Assembly: GCA_943704415.1 (NCBI GenBank)
Contig: CALSCO010000113.1
Coordinates: 61,793-81,792 of the forward strand
Source: Parvularia atlantis
Taxonomy: Eukaryota
Direction of reading: 5' to 3'
DNA length: 20,000 nucleotides
Part shown: piece by piece, positions 1 to 10,291 of the stretch
Numbering within the stretch: the stretch's first letter is position 1
Layout of the letters: each line of letters starts with the position of its first letter
Notes under the pieces: generated by a model
The model's input: only the letters and a program-made list of their open reading frames with translations
Told to the model about the DNA's origin: nothing
Databases searched by the model: none
Made by a program: the position numbers and the translations under genes

Positions 1-1399
1 GTGCTCGCAGTAACCCGAGACCGGCCCGAGACGGCGGCACACGCGCACCTGCTCCTCGTGGTCCATCGACATGAACCGCATGCGGCTGCTCTCGAACGCC
101 TGCCGCTTCCGCTCCCTGTCGCGTGAGGCTCAGCAGTTGTCCCGGCCGCGCGTGGCGCCGACTACACGCACTGATGGTCGGCCTTCTGCTTGCCGTGCTC
201 CTCGTAGTACTGGTCCGACAGGAACAGGCACCCGCTCGGCGGCGCGTTGAAGTTGAGCTCCGGCAGCGTGCGGTGACCGTGCTTGTCCGGCAGAAACTCC
301 TGCTCGCGCGCGGTTGGCACGGCGGTCCCGCGTCAGCAGGGGGCAGGACGTGCCTTGTAGCACGGCCGGTAGATGCCCTCTGTGTCGTAGAACATGATGA
401 ACGGGTGCATGAAGTACTTGTCGTCGTCGGCGACCTTCGCGGCCTGCGGCGCATGCGCAGCACGTATCAGTCGTGCCGTGCGCAGGGCCGGGTCGTCGTG
501 CGCACGCCTTGTTGGTGCTCAGGCCGTACGCGCGCTCGTACTGGATCGACTGCTGCAGATCCATGTCGGCCTTGCCGCTGCCGAGGCTGACCTTGCCCGT
601 CTTTTTCATGTAGTGCAGCAGCGCTGCGGCGCCGTGCGCGCTCAGCCCCGACTCGGCCCCCGCAGGCGCGCGGCCGACGCACTGTGCACGTTCCATATCT
701 TGATGTTGAACGTGCGCGCGCGCTGCAGAAAGTCGTCGACGGCGGGCTGGTCGATGGCGCGGCGCGCGGGGAAGAGCGTGTGCGGGCTGCGTTATTCCCC
801 CCCATGTGAGCGCCACGCCCGACCGGCTCGCGCACAACCAGCCGCACCTCGACGTTGCAACGGCCGGCTGCGAGCTGAGCGGCTCGGGCGCGTTCGGCAG
901 CGGGCTGGGCACAGGCTGCCGTTACGCGCGCTCGCAGTTAACGGGCGCACGCGACACACGGCACGTCGGTCAGCGCACCCGCGGTGGGTCGTACGGCTCG
1001 GTGCGCTGCTGCAGCTCGTGCAGGCTGTTGCTGATGATGAGCGTGACGCTCTTGGTCAGGAAGCCCTCGATCGTCTGTTGTTCACGTCAGAACGGAGGGG
1101 GATCCTGTCCGCACGACGCGAGCGGAGCGCACCGCGCCCAGCTTCTCGAGCGGCTCGCGCAGCTGCTTGGTCACCTCGCTCGCGTCCGTGTGGAAGTAGA
1201 TGGCGGCCTTGCGGAACAGCTGGCGCGCGGCCTCGCGCTCGGCCTCCTTGTCGCGCGCGGCAGGCGGCGCGGGCGTCTTGGGTGAGCGCGCGGCGGCGGC
1301 CGTCGGTGTGCCCGGCGCCAGCTGCGGCGGCGGCTGCGGCACCGCGCCCAGCGCGCGCAGCGGCGACCGACCCTCGGGCGGCCGCGGGGTGGCGCTCAT
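1..1399 (-). CDS. DBF4: Dbf4/Dfp1/ASK, regulatory subunit of Cdc7 kinase (DDK); 3' part including the motif-C zinc finger lies outside the window
   Basis: Exons 1399-1133, 1074-979, 915-848, 786-683, 623-508, 443-354, 299-172, 115-49 splice in frame. Motif N (BRCT-like): FRKAAIYFHTD...LEKLGATIEGFLTKSVTLIIS...DFLQRARTFNIKIWNVHTLLHYM. Motif M: LQQSIQYERAYG...KYFMHPFIMFYDTEGIYRPCYKEF...PELNFNAPPSGCLF. Two introns are GC-AG (507-444, 353-300). Confidence 0.85.
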
Positions 1400-1421
1400 C
1401 CGAGGCTGGCCGTTTACGAGA

Positions 1422-1438
1422 TTCGAATTTTGGCGCGC
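1422..1438 (-). promoter_or_regulatory. CDE-CHR / E2F composite element upstream of Dbf4
   Basis: Minus strand reads GCGCGCC-AAAA-TTCGAA, matching BSSSSS-N4-TTYRAA. The plus strand contains TTTGGCGC (E2F consensus TTTSSCGC). It lies 23-39 nt upstream of the Dbf4 ATG. Confidence 0.55.
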
Positions 1439-1511
1439 ACGCCGGCTCCGAGTTGGACGTGGATCAACTTGCACCGCACTGCGCCAGCAACACTGCTCTT
1501 GCACACAGCGT

Positions 1512-2692
1512 TCATTTCTTCTTGAGCAGCCGCACGAGGCCCCAGATCGCCAGCCCGAGCAGCACCGCGCCGACGATGGAGCAGATGACAATGACCTGCC
1601 CCGGCCAGCGGGCGGGCGGCTCAGCGTCGTCAGACACGCGCACGCTGCGGCCGGGGAGACGCACCGCGATCTGCCACGGCAGCAGCGAAAAGTCGCACGT
1701 GGTGAAGCGGTTCAGCGGCGTCACGCAGAGCATGTTGGGCGGCGCCTGGTTGGTCGCGTTGAGCCAGTCGTACGCGTAGATCGTGAACCTGCACGACGCC
1801 GAGGCGTTCGAGCGGCGCATGCCCACGGTGAAGTCGACGTCGGTCGGGCTCGCGGCCGAGCCGACGTACTGGAACGACAGGTCGAAGCGAGTGTACGCTT
1901 GCCCGTCGGACGCGAGCGAGTAGCTGGCGTGCGCGCCGTTCAGCTCACGCTCTCGACAGCGTCCCGCACGCACCTCGACGTCGTCGGGCAGCGCGTGTTG
2001 CTGTTGAAGTACAGGTCGAAGCCGGGCCCGTCCAGCACGGTCATGTTGAGGATGCCAATGTAGTTGTCGGCCGGGCGCCTGCGCGCGCGTGCTGTCAGCA
2101 AGCCAGCAGCAAGCGGACGCACACACGCGAGAGCACGACGCACCGGTACTTGCCCTGGAAGTACACGATCTCGCCGACCTCGGGGCAGACCGCCGAGCCG
2201 TCGAACGGGTACGCGCCGCACGTGGCTGCGGTCGCGGTCAGCACACGGCGCAGCCACCGTCGCTACCACGCACCGACGACGTAGACCGGGAAGGTCACGT
2301 TAAAGTCCGAGTAGAGCGGGTCCTCCGAGTCGGTGTAGAGGCGGATCTCGATCGAGTTGACGTTGACGACGTCGCCGAGGATGCGCAGGAACTCGGACCG
2401 CGTCGAGTTAGCGGCGAGCGTGACCGAGCTGGGCTCGAACGAGACGTAGCCGGCCGGGAACGACTGGGCGTAGATCCGCACGGGCGCGACCGGGCCGGGC
2501 GCGTCCGACACGAGCCGCACGACCGAGTACGCTCCCACGCCGATGTAGGCGCTCTGGCGGAAGTACTGCACGCGCGACGCTGCATCGCGGCCGCAGGTCA
2601 GCGCCGCGCACGGCCTCCCCTGCCCGCACGGCCGCACCGTGCGCGCCGCCGACGAGCAGCAGCAGCAGCGCAGCGCACGACAACAGCAGCAT
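1512..2692 (-). CDS. Uncharacterised type I membrane glycoprotein
   Basis: Five GT-AG introns. Signal peptide MLLLSCAALLLLLVGGAHA; beta-rich-looking ectodomain with Cys and five N-glycosylation sequons (NST, NVT, NMT, NAS, NAT); C-terminal TM segment IAVIVICSIVGAVLLGLAIWGLV followed by RLLKKK*. Confidence 0.75.
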
Positions 2693-2704
2693 TCGCGATC
2701 AACG

Positions 2705-3767
2705 ATGCGGCGCGTGGTGTGCGTCACGCTAGTGTTGCTGGCACTCGCGTGCGGCGCGCTCGATGCGGCCGACGTCGACCCGGAGCAGGTGCGGCGCCGG
2801 CCCGTGGTGCAGACGCATGCTGAGCGCGTGCGGTGCGCGAACAAAGGTGATCGAGATCACGTACAAGGACGGCACGACCGAGCAGGCGTCCGTGCGCGAC
2901 GTGGCCGGGCGCATCGCCGAGTCGGCCAAGATGCAGCAGCGCATGCGCGCGGCCAAGGAGGCCGGCGGAACGATGACCGACGTCGAGGCCAAGACGATGA
3001 AGTGCGCCGGCGCATCGCCGCGCCCAGCGTACCAGCGCTCACCCGCGTGCGCACAGGCTCGACGACGTGCACGTGTCCAAGCCCGAGCTTGGCGGCTTCA
3101 TCCGGCGCGGCCAGGCACGCGGCGCCGCGCACGACGGCGTGCCTGATAATGCTGCGCGCGTGTGCAGGACGTGTTCAAGACGGCCGTGTCCCTGGGCGTG
3201 CTGCCGCCGGGCTCGCGGCTCGCTGGTCTCGCGACGTCAGACTACGTCGTGCGTGCTGCGGGCGCGGTGCACCGCGGCGGCTGACGGCGCTGTCACCGCC
3301 AGAAGCTGGAAGAGCTGCCCAAGGGCGAGGAGTACCTGATTATGCGCTCGCACGCGGGCGCGGACGGCGCCGCGCAGCCGACGATCGAGCTGCATGTGAA
3401 GTACCTGCCACGTGCGCGCATCCAGCTGCTCGAGTGCGCTCATGCAGCGATGCGTTGGCTGCTGGGCTGATGCGTCTGCCACGTGCGCAGGGCGTGGCGG
3501 CTGGGCGACGGGGACGCGCGCGCCGAGACCATCGCGCTGAGCGATGCGCAGACGGCCGTGACGAACCTGCGCGACGACGTGCCCGCGCCGGGCCTGTGGG
3601 ACGCCATGCTCGACAATGCGGGTGACCTGCAGGACATGATCGGCGTGCTCATTGGCGTGGGCGTGGCGTGCGTCGCCGTCGGCCTCGCGAGCGTCGCCGT
3701 GGGCCTGTGCACGCGCCCGGCTCGCCCCGCACCGGTGTCGCGCGCGGGCACAGCTCAACAGCAGTAG
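2705..3767 (+). CDS. Uncharacterised type I membrane protein
   Basis: Signal peptide MRRVVCVTLVLLALACGALDA. Five introns, one of them GC-AG (3115-3167), join VIEITYKDG..., LDDVHVSKPELGG..., DVFKTAVSLG..., KLEELPKGEEY..., AWRLGDG.... TM segment MIGVLIGVGVACVAVGLASVAVGLC. Stop TAG at 3765-3767. Confidence 0.7.
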
Positions 3768-3816
3768 TGTACAGCGATGGTACTTTGTTTTGGTTTGGTT
3801 CGGGTCTTTGGCGTTG

Positions 3817-4884
3817 CTAGCCGTCGCTGCCGACCGCGAGCGAGCTCAGCTTGATGTACGACAGCGTGCCGAGCGTGCCTGCCGCGCACAGTCAGCCGCT
3901 TGCGCATCGCCTCACGCACGGGTGCACCGACGGTCGCGAGTACGCTCATGTAGGCGATGTAGAGCAGCGCCTGCGCACGGCGTGAGCTCGCGGACGGGTG
4001 CGCAAGGGGGGCGTTGCGCACGAGATTGGACGCGGCGATCCAGCAGCACATGGCGCCGCCGAGCGCGGCCATCCCGACGGCGATGAGCGCGATGGTGAGC
4101 ACCTTCCACGTGACGCAGCGCAGCGTCACAAAGATCTCTGTCGCGCGTACGTGAGCCCGTGCGCCGGGTGCAGCAAGCGACGCGCACCCTTTTCGCCGAG
4201 CGTCGTCGCGGGGAAGCGCAGCACGGTGCCGTTGCGCGTCTCGAGCTGCATCTCAACGTCCGCCCACATCAAGTGGTCGCGCACGTCCACGAGCTCGAGC
4301 GTCCCGAGCCCGTACGCCAGCCCGATCGCGTTGACGCCAACTGCGCAGGCGTCGGTCAGCCTCGATCGCGTCGTCACACGCCACGCGCGCACCTGGCACG
4401 TACTGCGTCGTGCTCAGCCGGCCGCCGCTGCCGTCCCTGCCATCGCTGCCGTCGCTGTCGGAGCCGCCCTCGGGGTCGCGCAGGCAGTACTCGACCTCGA
4501 TCTTGAACCTCTGCGGCTGGCCGTGAGATGCTTGCTGCGTGCGGCAGCCCCGCCGCCGCGCACCCGCGCACACATCTCGAGGTATACGCTGATTGTCAGC
4601 CCAGGCCCGTCACACGACACGCCGCTGCAGTCGGCCGAGAGCGCGCACCGCCCGCCCGCCAGGGCCAGCTGTCGGTCGGCGCACAGCGGCACTGCGACGC
4701 GGCCGCGTGAGGCACACAGCAACACCGCCAACCACCCGCTGCGCGCACCGGTCTCGGCGGGGGCCATCGGCAGCGCCCGCGCGGCCCGCGGCAGGAGCGC
4801 GAGGGCGAGGACCGGCAGCAGCACGGCGGCCAGAGCAGCGCGGCGATGGGCGCGCGAGGGCGCGAGGGCGAGCCAGACAGCCAT
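3817..4884 (-). CDS. Uncharacterised signal-peptide protein with a Cys-containing ectodomain and C-terminal hydrophobic segments
   Basis: Six GT-AG introns. Hydrophobic N-terminus (AALAAVLLPVLALALLPRAARA); Cys-rich segment PLCADRQ...RCALSADCSGVSCDG...EMCARRFKIEVEYC; C-terminal hydrophobic stretches VLTIALIAVGMAALGGAMCCWIAA and LALLYIAYMSVLATVGTLGTLSYI. The last exon was chosen on the branch site GCTGAC. Confidence 0.65.
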
Positions 4885-5109
4885 CGCCCGGCCCACTGTT
4901 CACGCGCCGGCGCTGTGTGTGCGCGTGCGGGTGCGGGTGGGACCGGAAAACAGAGTGAGCGCAAGTGCGCGCCGGCGTGCGGGGTGCACTGGCGCAAGGG
5001 CGGGCGTACCCACGGTCGCGGCAGGGCGTCTGCTAGCTCTTCGCGGGCATGCTTGTGTGACAGCGGGGATTTTCCTGTCATCCTTCTCACGTTTCCCGAG
5101 TTGAGTCAC

Positions 5110-6273
5110 ATGGCCCTTACGCCGGTGCCCTTCCGCGCGTGGATCGACTCGATCCGCCCGTCGCTCGAGCCGCCCGTCTGTACGTCGCGGTGCTCTCTGT
5201 GCGCGCGCGCGGTGGCTGAGAGAGCGCGCGCGCGGTGGGCGGGCGGGTGCAGGCAACAAGCTGCTGTACGCTGGTCAGCTGAAGGTGATGGTCGTGACGG
5301 GGCCGAACGAGCGCAAGGACTTCCACGTCGAGGAGGGCGAGGTCGCGCGCATCCGGCAGGCTGGCGGAGGGGGCACACGGGCTGACGTGCCCGCTGCGCC
5401 CGCCGCGCGAGCAGGAGATCTTCTACCAGCTCGAGGGTGACATGCGTCTTGACGTGATGGAGGGCGGGCGCCTGAAGCAGATTGTGATCCGCGAGGGCGA
5501 GGTCTTCACGCTGCCGTCGCGCATCCCGCACTCGCCGCAGCGCTTCGCCAATACGATGGGCCTCGTGATTGAGCGCGAGCGCCTGCCGGGCGAGATCGAC
5601 GGGCTCCGCTGGTGTGCTTCTGCCGATCGCGCGCTCGCGGGCGCCCGCGACTGACCGTGCCCACGTAGGTACGACGATCACGACCAGGTTCTGTACGAGG
5701 AGTGGTTCCCCTGCGAGGACCTGGGTGTGCAGCTGATCCCGGTCATCAAGCGCTTCCTCGCCTCGCCGGCCTTCCGCAGCGGCCAGCCGATGCAGACGTA
5801 CGGCGAGCCGCCGGTGCGCGCCTGCCCTGCCACCGCCGCCGATCACGGCCCCTGACACGCGCACGACGACGCGCGGCAGCTCAAAATCGACACGCAGACG
5901 CGCCTGCCGCCGCCGCGCGACCTCAAGCCGGTGCTGCGCGGCGAGGAGCGCGTCGAGCAACTGATGCTGTTTGACGGCGAATTCAAGACGCGCCTGCTGC
6001 TCGGCAAGGACGGCGGCGCCGACGCGCCGTTCGAGTCACACACCGGTGAGGTCTTCCTGTACCAGATGCGCGGCGCAAGCGCGGTGCACGTGCAGCGCGC
6101 CGACGCGGTCGAGACCGTCGCGCTGCGCGACCAGGACGTGCTGCTGCTGCCGCCCGGCTCGACCCTGCGCGTGGTGGTGCGCGCAGCGCGACGTGCACTG
6201 CGCCGTGCGCTGAGCCTGTGCGCAGCCCGAGCACGACGCGCGGTGCATGGTTGTGACGAGCAAGGTCTTCTGA
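5110..6273 (+). CDS. HAAO: 3-hydroxyanthranilate 3,4-dioxygenase, two-domain animal-type form
   Basis: Five GT-AG introns. Spliced protein LEPPVCNKLLY...[29 protein letters not shown]...[26 protein letters not shown]...DGLRWY...[13 protein letters not shown] retains the His/Glu/His Fe ligands, plus an extra C-terminal cupin-like region ([10 protein letters not shown]...DVLLLPPG). Confidence 0.95.
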
Positions 6274-6364
6274 CCCGGGGCCAGCAGAGTTAGCTTCAGT
6301 TCACCGTCGTTTAGTTCTTGTACATACTCGGATTTCGATACTGTCCTGCACCCCAGTCCCAGTG

Positions 6365-6763
6365 TCAGGGGCGCTTGCGCGGCCGCTCGGGCTCGGACGG
6401 CGCATCGGCGGCGCTGGCCGGGCGTTTGCGCGCATCGGTCCCGCCGCGCAGCTCGTCGATCGCGCGCTGCTTGCGCTGCAGCTCCTCCTGCGCCGTCTTG
6501 AACAGGCACGAGATATTGCGCAGCAGCACCTCCTTCTGCTGCGCGAGCGCCTCGGCCTTGCGCTCGCTCGCGCGCAGCTTATCGGCGAGCTGCGCGTTGG
6601 CGGCCTCGAGCTCGCGCACACGCTCGCGCATCTCGGTCAGGCTGACCTCGCCGGCGACCGCGGCCAGCGCCGACGCCGCCGCAGCGGGCGCGCGCATCGC
6701 CTCGTCGGCCGCCGGTGCAGGCGCGTCGCCGTAGAGCAGCTCGCTCAGTTCATCTGCATCCAT
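6365..6763 (-). CDS. 132-aa coiled-coil protein resembling the N-terminal domain of FLASH/CASP8AP2
   Basis: Intronless ORF. KEVLLRNISCLFKTAQEELQRKQRAIDEL matches the recalled FLASH motif [29 protein letters not shown]. Acidic N-terminal ELLYGD resembles the LDLY motif. Basic NLS-like C-terminus (RKRP twice). Confidence 0.7.
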   Translation of the reverse strand: MDADELSELLYGDAPAPAADEAMRAPAAAASALAAVAGEVSLTEMRERVRELEAANAQLADKLRASERKAEALAQQKEVLLRNISCLFKTAQEELQRKQRAIDELRGGTDARKRPASAADAPSEPERPRKRP

Positions 6764-6795
6764 ACGGCAATATACTGTCCATGACGTTGATCACG

Positions 6796-6836
6796 CCCAT
6801 TGGCTGCGGTATTCGGGGCGCTGCCGCTGATTGGTC
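6796..6836 (-). promoter_or_regulatory. Tandem CCAAT (NF-Y) boxes
   Basis: Minus strand has AGCCAATGGG (ATTGG at 6799-6803) and GACCAATCAG (ATTGG at 6830-6834). Both fit the extended NF-Y consensus, are 31 bp apart, and lie just upstream of the 6763 ATG. Confidence 0.5.
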
Positions 6837-7158
6837 GAGCGTGCTCCTTGTCGTCGTCTTTGTGCCGCACGCTGCGCCGTCCCGCGCGCGTCGTCGGCCC
6901 GCCCCTTGCCGGACGCGCGCACAGCGTCCGCGCGGCCCGGGTGCTTTGCTGCTGCCGTGCTGGTGGCGGGCGCGGGGCTAGGAAGGGGCGCTGTTTGGAT
7001 GCGCCCGCGACGTGTAAAGCTTGCCGTTTGTTTTCCGGTGCCTCACCGTCGCGACCGCGCCGCAGCCGCAGCCGCAGCCGCCGTGCGGCCGCTCGCCCTC
7101 CGCGTCCTCCCCCCGCGCGCCGCTCGCACCCCGCCGCCGTCGCGCGCCCGCCGCGAGG

Positions 7159-9860
7159 ATGTCGAAGACGATCAACCGCGTGTCCAACTCGTTCGTGGTG
7201 CGTGTTTTCGCGGCGCGCGCGACACACGGCGCGCTGAGAGCGAGTGGGACGCAGGTGAAGCGCGGCTTCGCCACGTTCAAGGTCGAGGGGCTGATCAGCA
7301 TATGGAACAAGCGGTGGTTCCTGCTGCGCGAGGGTGCGCCATCCGCCGCCAACGCGCCTCTCTCCGGCGTGCTCAACATGGCACACAGACCAGCTGTCGT
7401 GGCACCGCAACGAGAGCTCGCACGCGCCCTTGGGCGTGATCGGCACCGGCGAGATCAGCGAGGTCTCGCGCACAGACAACAAGCAGTACTGCCTCCAGAT
7501 CGTCACCAAGGGCGGCCAGACGTACCTCATGTCGGTCCGGAACGACGACGAGCTGTATTCGTGGATGGACGAGCTGCAGAAGGCGCGCGCACACGCAGCT
7601 GTGGCCATCGCGACGTAGCAGCTCGGCCTGACCACGCACGCACCGTCTGCAGCTCATCAGCAACTCGACGGCGCCGACCGACTTTGTGCACCACGTCCAC
7701 GTCGGCTACGACAACGCGACGGGCGAGTTTGTGGTGCGACTTGGTGGCGGGCCGTGCGTGAGTGCATACGGCGGCCTCACGCGGCGCGCGGCGCCCAGGG
7801 CATGCCCAATGAGTGGCAGCAGCTGCTCAGCACGTCGAGGATCACGAAGGAGGACCAGGCGAAGAACCCGCAGGCACGCAACACGCGCGTGCGCACGCAC
7901 AAGCCGCCGCGGCTCATCGCGCGAACCGCAGGCGGTGCTCGACGTGCTCGAGTTTTACACGAGCGTAACCGACAAGGACCGCTATAACCCGGACCTCGGC
8001 GCGACGTTTGACGACCTCAACATGCACGACGACGACTTCCCGCCCTCGCCCGCGCAGGCGCCCGCGCCGCAGCAGCCCGCGGCGTTCTCGTACACGGGCG
8101 GGGCGCCGCCGACGCTCGGCCGGCCGGGCAAGCCGGTACGCGCGCTACACGCTGGTGCTATGCCGTAGCTCACGCAACGAGCAGCCGGGGCCCCCGCAAG
8201 TCGCGCCCAAGGTGCCGCCGCAGGTCGCGCCCAAGCCGGGCTCGAACCTGCCGCCCGTGCCGACGCCGCAGCGCACCGCACCGCCGCCGCCGACGTACCA
8301 AGGTGCGCTTGCACACGCACGGCCCGATCGCCGTGTCTGACGGAGATGTTTGCACAGCCCCGGCCAGGCCACCGGTGCAGCTCACGCCGCCGCCGCCGCT
8401 CCCCGGTGCGGCGAGGAAGCGCGGCCTTGCGTGCAGCGTGTCTGATCGTGAGCGCGCGCACTTCAGGCACCGCAGCACCCGTGCGCCCGACCGCCCCGCC
8501 CGCCGGTGCTGCCGCCGCGGCCGCGGCGCAGGCGTCGCCGCCGCCGCAGGGGCTCGTGTCGCAGCCCAAGGACAAGAAGGTCGAGAAGAAGATCGAGTTC
8601 CGGGAAAGCGCCGACATCATGGACAAGCTGCGCGCGGTCGTGTCGCGCGACGACCCGATGAAGCTCTACACCGACTTCAAGAAGATCGGCCAGGGGTGCG
8701 CGCGCGTGCAGGCGACGCCGAACGCACGCCGCTGACACACGCGTGTGCGCTCAGCGCCTCGGGCTCGGTCTACGTCGCCAAGGTCCGGAAGACGAAGGAC
8801 GTGGTCGCGATCAAGCGCATGGACCTCAACAACCAGCCGAAGAAGGACCTGATCATCAACGAGATCATCGTCATGCGCGAGAGCATGCACCCGAACATCG
8901 TCAACTTCAACGAGAGCTACCTGGTGAAGGTGCGGCGCCCGCGGGCTGCGCGCGGCGCACGACGCGGCCCGCTCACCGACGGCGCAGGACGAGCTCTGGG
9001 TCGTGATGGAGTACATGGAGGGCGGCTCGCTGACGGACGTGATCGACAACAACCACATGAGCGAGCCGCAGATCGCCGCGGTCACGCGCGAGGTCATCGC
9101 CGGGCTGGCGCACCTGCACAGCAAAAACATCATCCACCGCGACATCAAGTCGGACAACATACTCCTCGACCTCAAGGGCCTCGTCAAGCTCAGTGCGTGC
9201 GCCTGTGCAACGCGCCCGACCCGCTGCGAGCTCACGCGTCGCGTCGCGCCGCGCCGCGCAGCCGACTTTGGCTTCTGCGCCAAGATTACCGAGAACCGTG
9301 GCAAGCGCTCCACAATGGTCGGCACGCCGTACTGGATGGCGCCCGAGGTCGTCAAGCAGAAGGACTACGGGCCAAAGGCGCGCGCTGCGCGACGGACGGC
9401 GGCCGCGGGCTGACGGGGCGTCGCGCGCAGGTGGACGTGTGGAGCTTGGGCATCATGGTCATCGAGATGATCGAGGGCGAGCCGCCGTATCTAGACGAGG
9501 ACCCGCTCAAGGTGCGCGCGCGTGATTGCGCGACGGCGGTGTGGCGGCGGCTGAGCGTGCGCACACGGCAGGCGCTGTACCTGATCGCCACCAACGGGAC
9601 GCCGACGCTCAAGAACCCGGACCGTCTCAGCGGCGGCCTCAAGGACTTCCTGGCGCGCTGTCTGGCAGTGGACGTGGACGAGCGCGCGTCGATGCAGCAG
9701 CTCGCAGCGGTGCGCAGGGCAGGCAGCGGCTTGGGCGTGCTGCGTGTGGCTGACCAGAGCGCGCACGGTGCACCACCAGCACCCGTGGCTCAGCAGCGCG
9801 TGCCCGCTCGACACGCTCGGTCCGCTCATCCGGAGAGCGATGCAGGCCGCGCAGAGCTGA
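7159..9860 (+). CDS. CLA4: p21-activated kinase, Cla4-type architecture (PH - CRIB - Pro-rich linker - STE20 kinase)
   Basis: Fourteen introns. [11 protein letters not shown]...[10 protein letters not shown]...[14 protein letters not shown]/autoinhibitory: [14 protein letters not shown]...[10 protein letters not shown]...[13 protein letters not shown]. Kinase: [67 protein letters not shown]. Confidence 0.93.
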
Positions 9861-10291
9861 GTGCGTCAAGTCCCTCCGTGCCGCGGCTTCATTCTTGCTT
9901 GTTGATCTCTGTCTTCCCTCTCCCCTCCTTCGCGCTTCAGTCGCTTCTCTCTCATCCATCCCCACTCCCCTTTCCTCGTACAGCCGGGCCCCCTTGCGTC
10001 TCTTTCGGGGGCGGCTTTCCTTCCTTAACCTTTGGTTGTGTTTGCGGTTCATGCGCGATCGGTTGAAGGGCCGGCGCCAAGGCGCCGTCTGCCAGGCGAC
10101 ATTCCGCGCCCCTACTGCGGCACCAGGACGCATGCGCGAGCTCCTGGCAACGGCGCGCTGCGACGCGCGCACTGGCGCCACATCGCCCTCGGCGCTGCCC
10201 TCGCGCTCGCCTGGCACGCCGGCGTGTCGTACGGCGCGCGGCGCAAGGGCTGAGCGTGTGCTGTACCGTTCTGTGCAACCGTCCTGACGCT

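Noticed and set aside
1512..1530. C-terminal KKK as a dilysine ER-retrieval signal
   Set aside because: The lysines are at -1 to -3, which fits neither KKxx nor KxKxx; more likely a stop-transfer signal.
394..1779. Long plus-strand 461-aa ORF and similar Arg/Ala/Pro-rich ORFs throughout the track
   Set aside because: These are antisense or off-frame shadows of spliced genes in GC-rich DNA, with no recognisable motifs.
3755..3873. Alternative last exon of the third membrane gene reading through to 3755
   Set aside because: It would overlap the convergent gene's stop and run through AT-rich UTR-like sequence; the model ending at 3817 has a better branch site.
5066..5075. GGGATTTTCC, an NF-kB consensus match upstream of HAAO
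   Set aside because: A single degenerate 10-mer with no independent support, and the presence of NF-kB in this organism is unknown.
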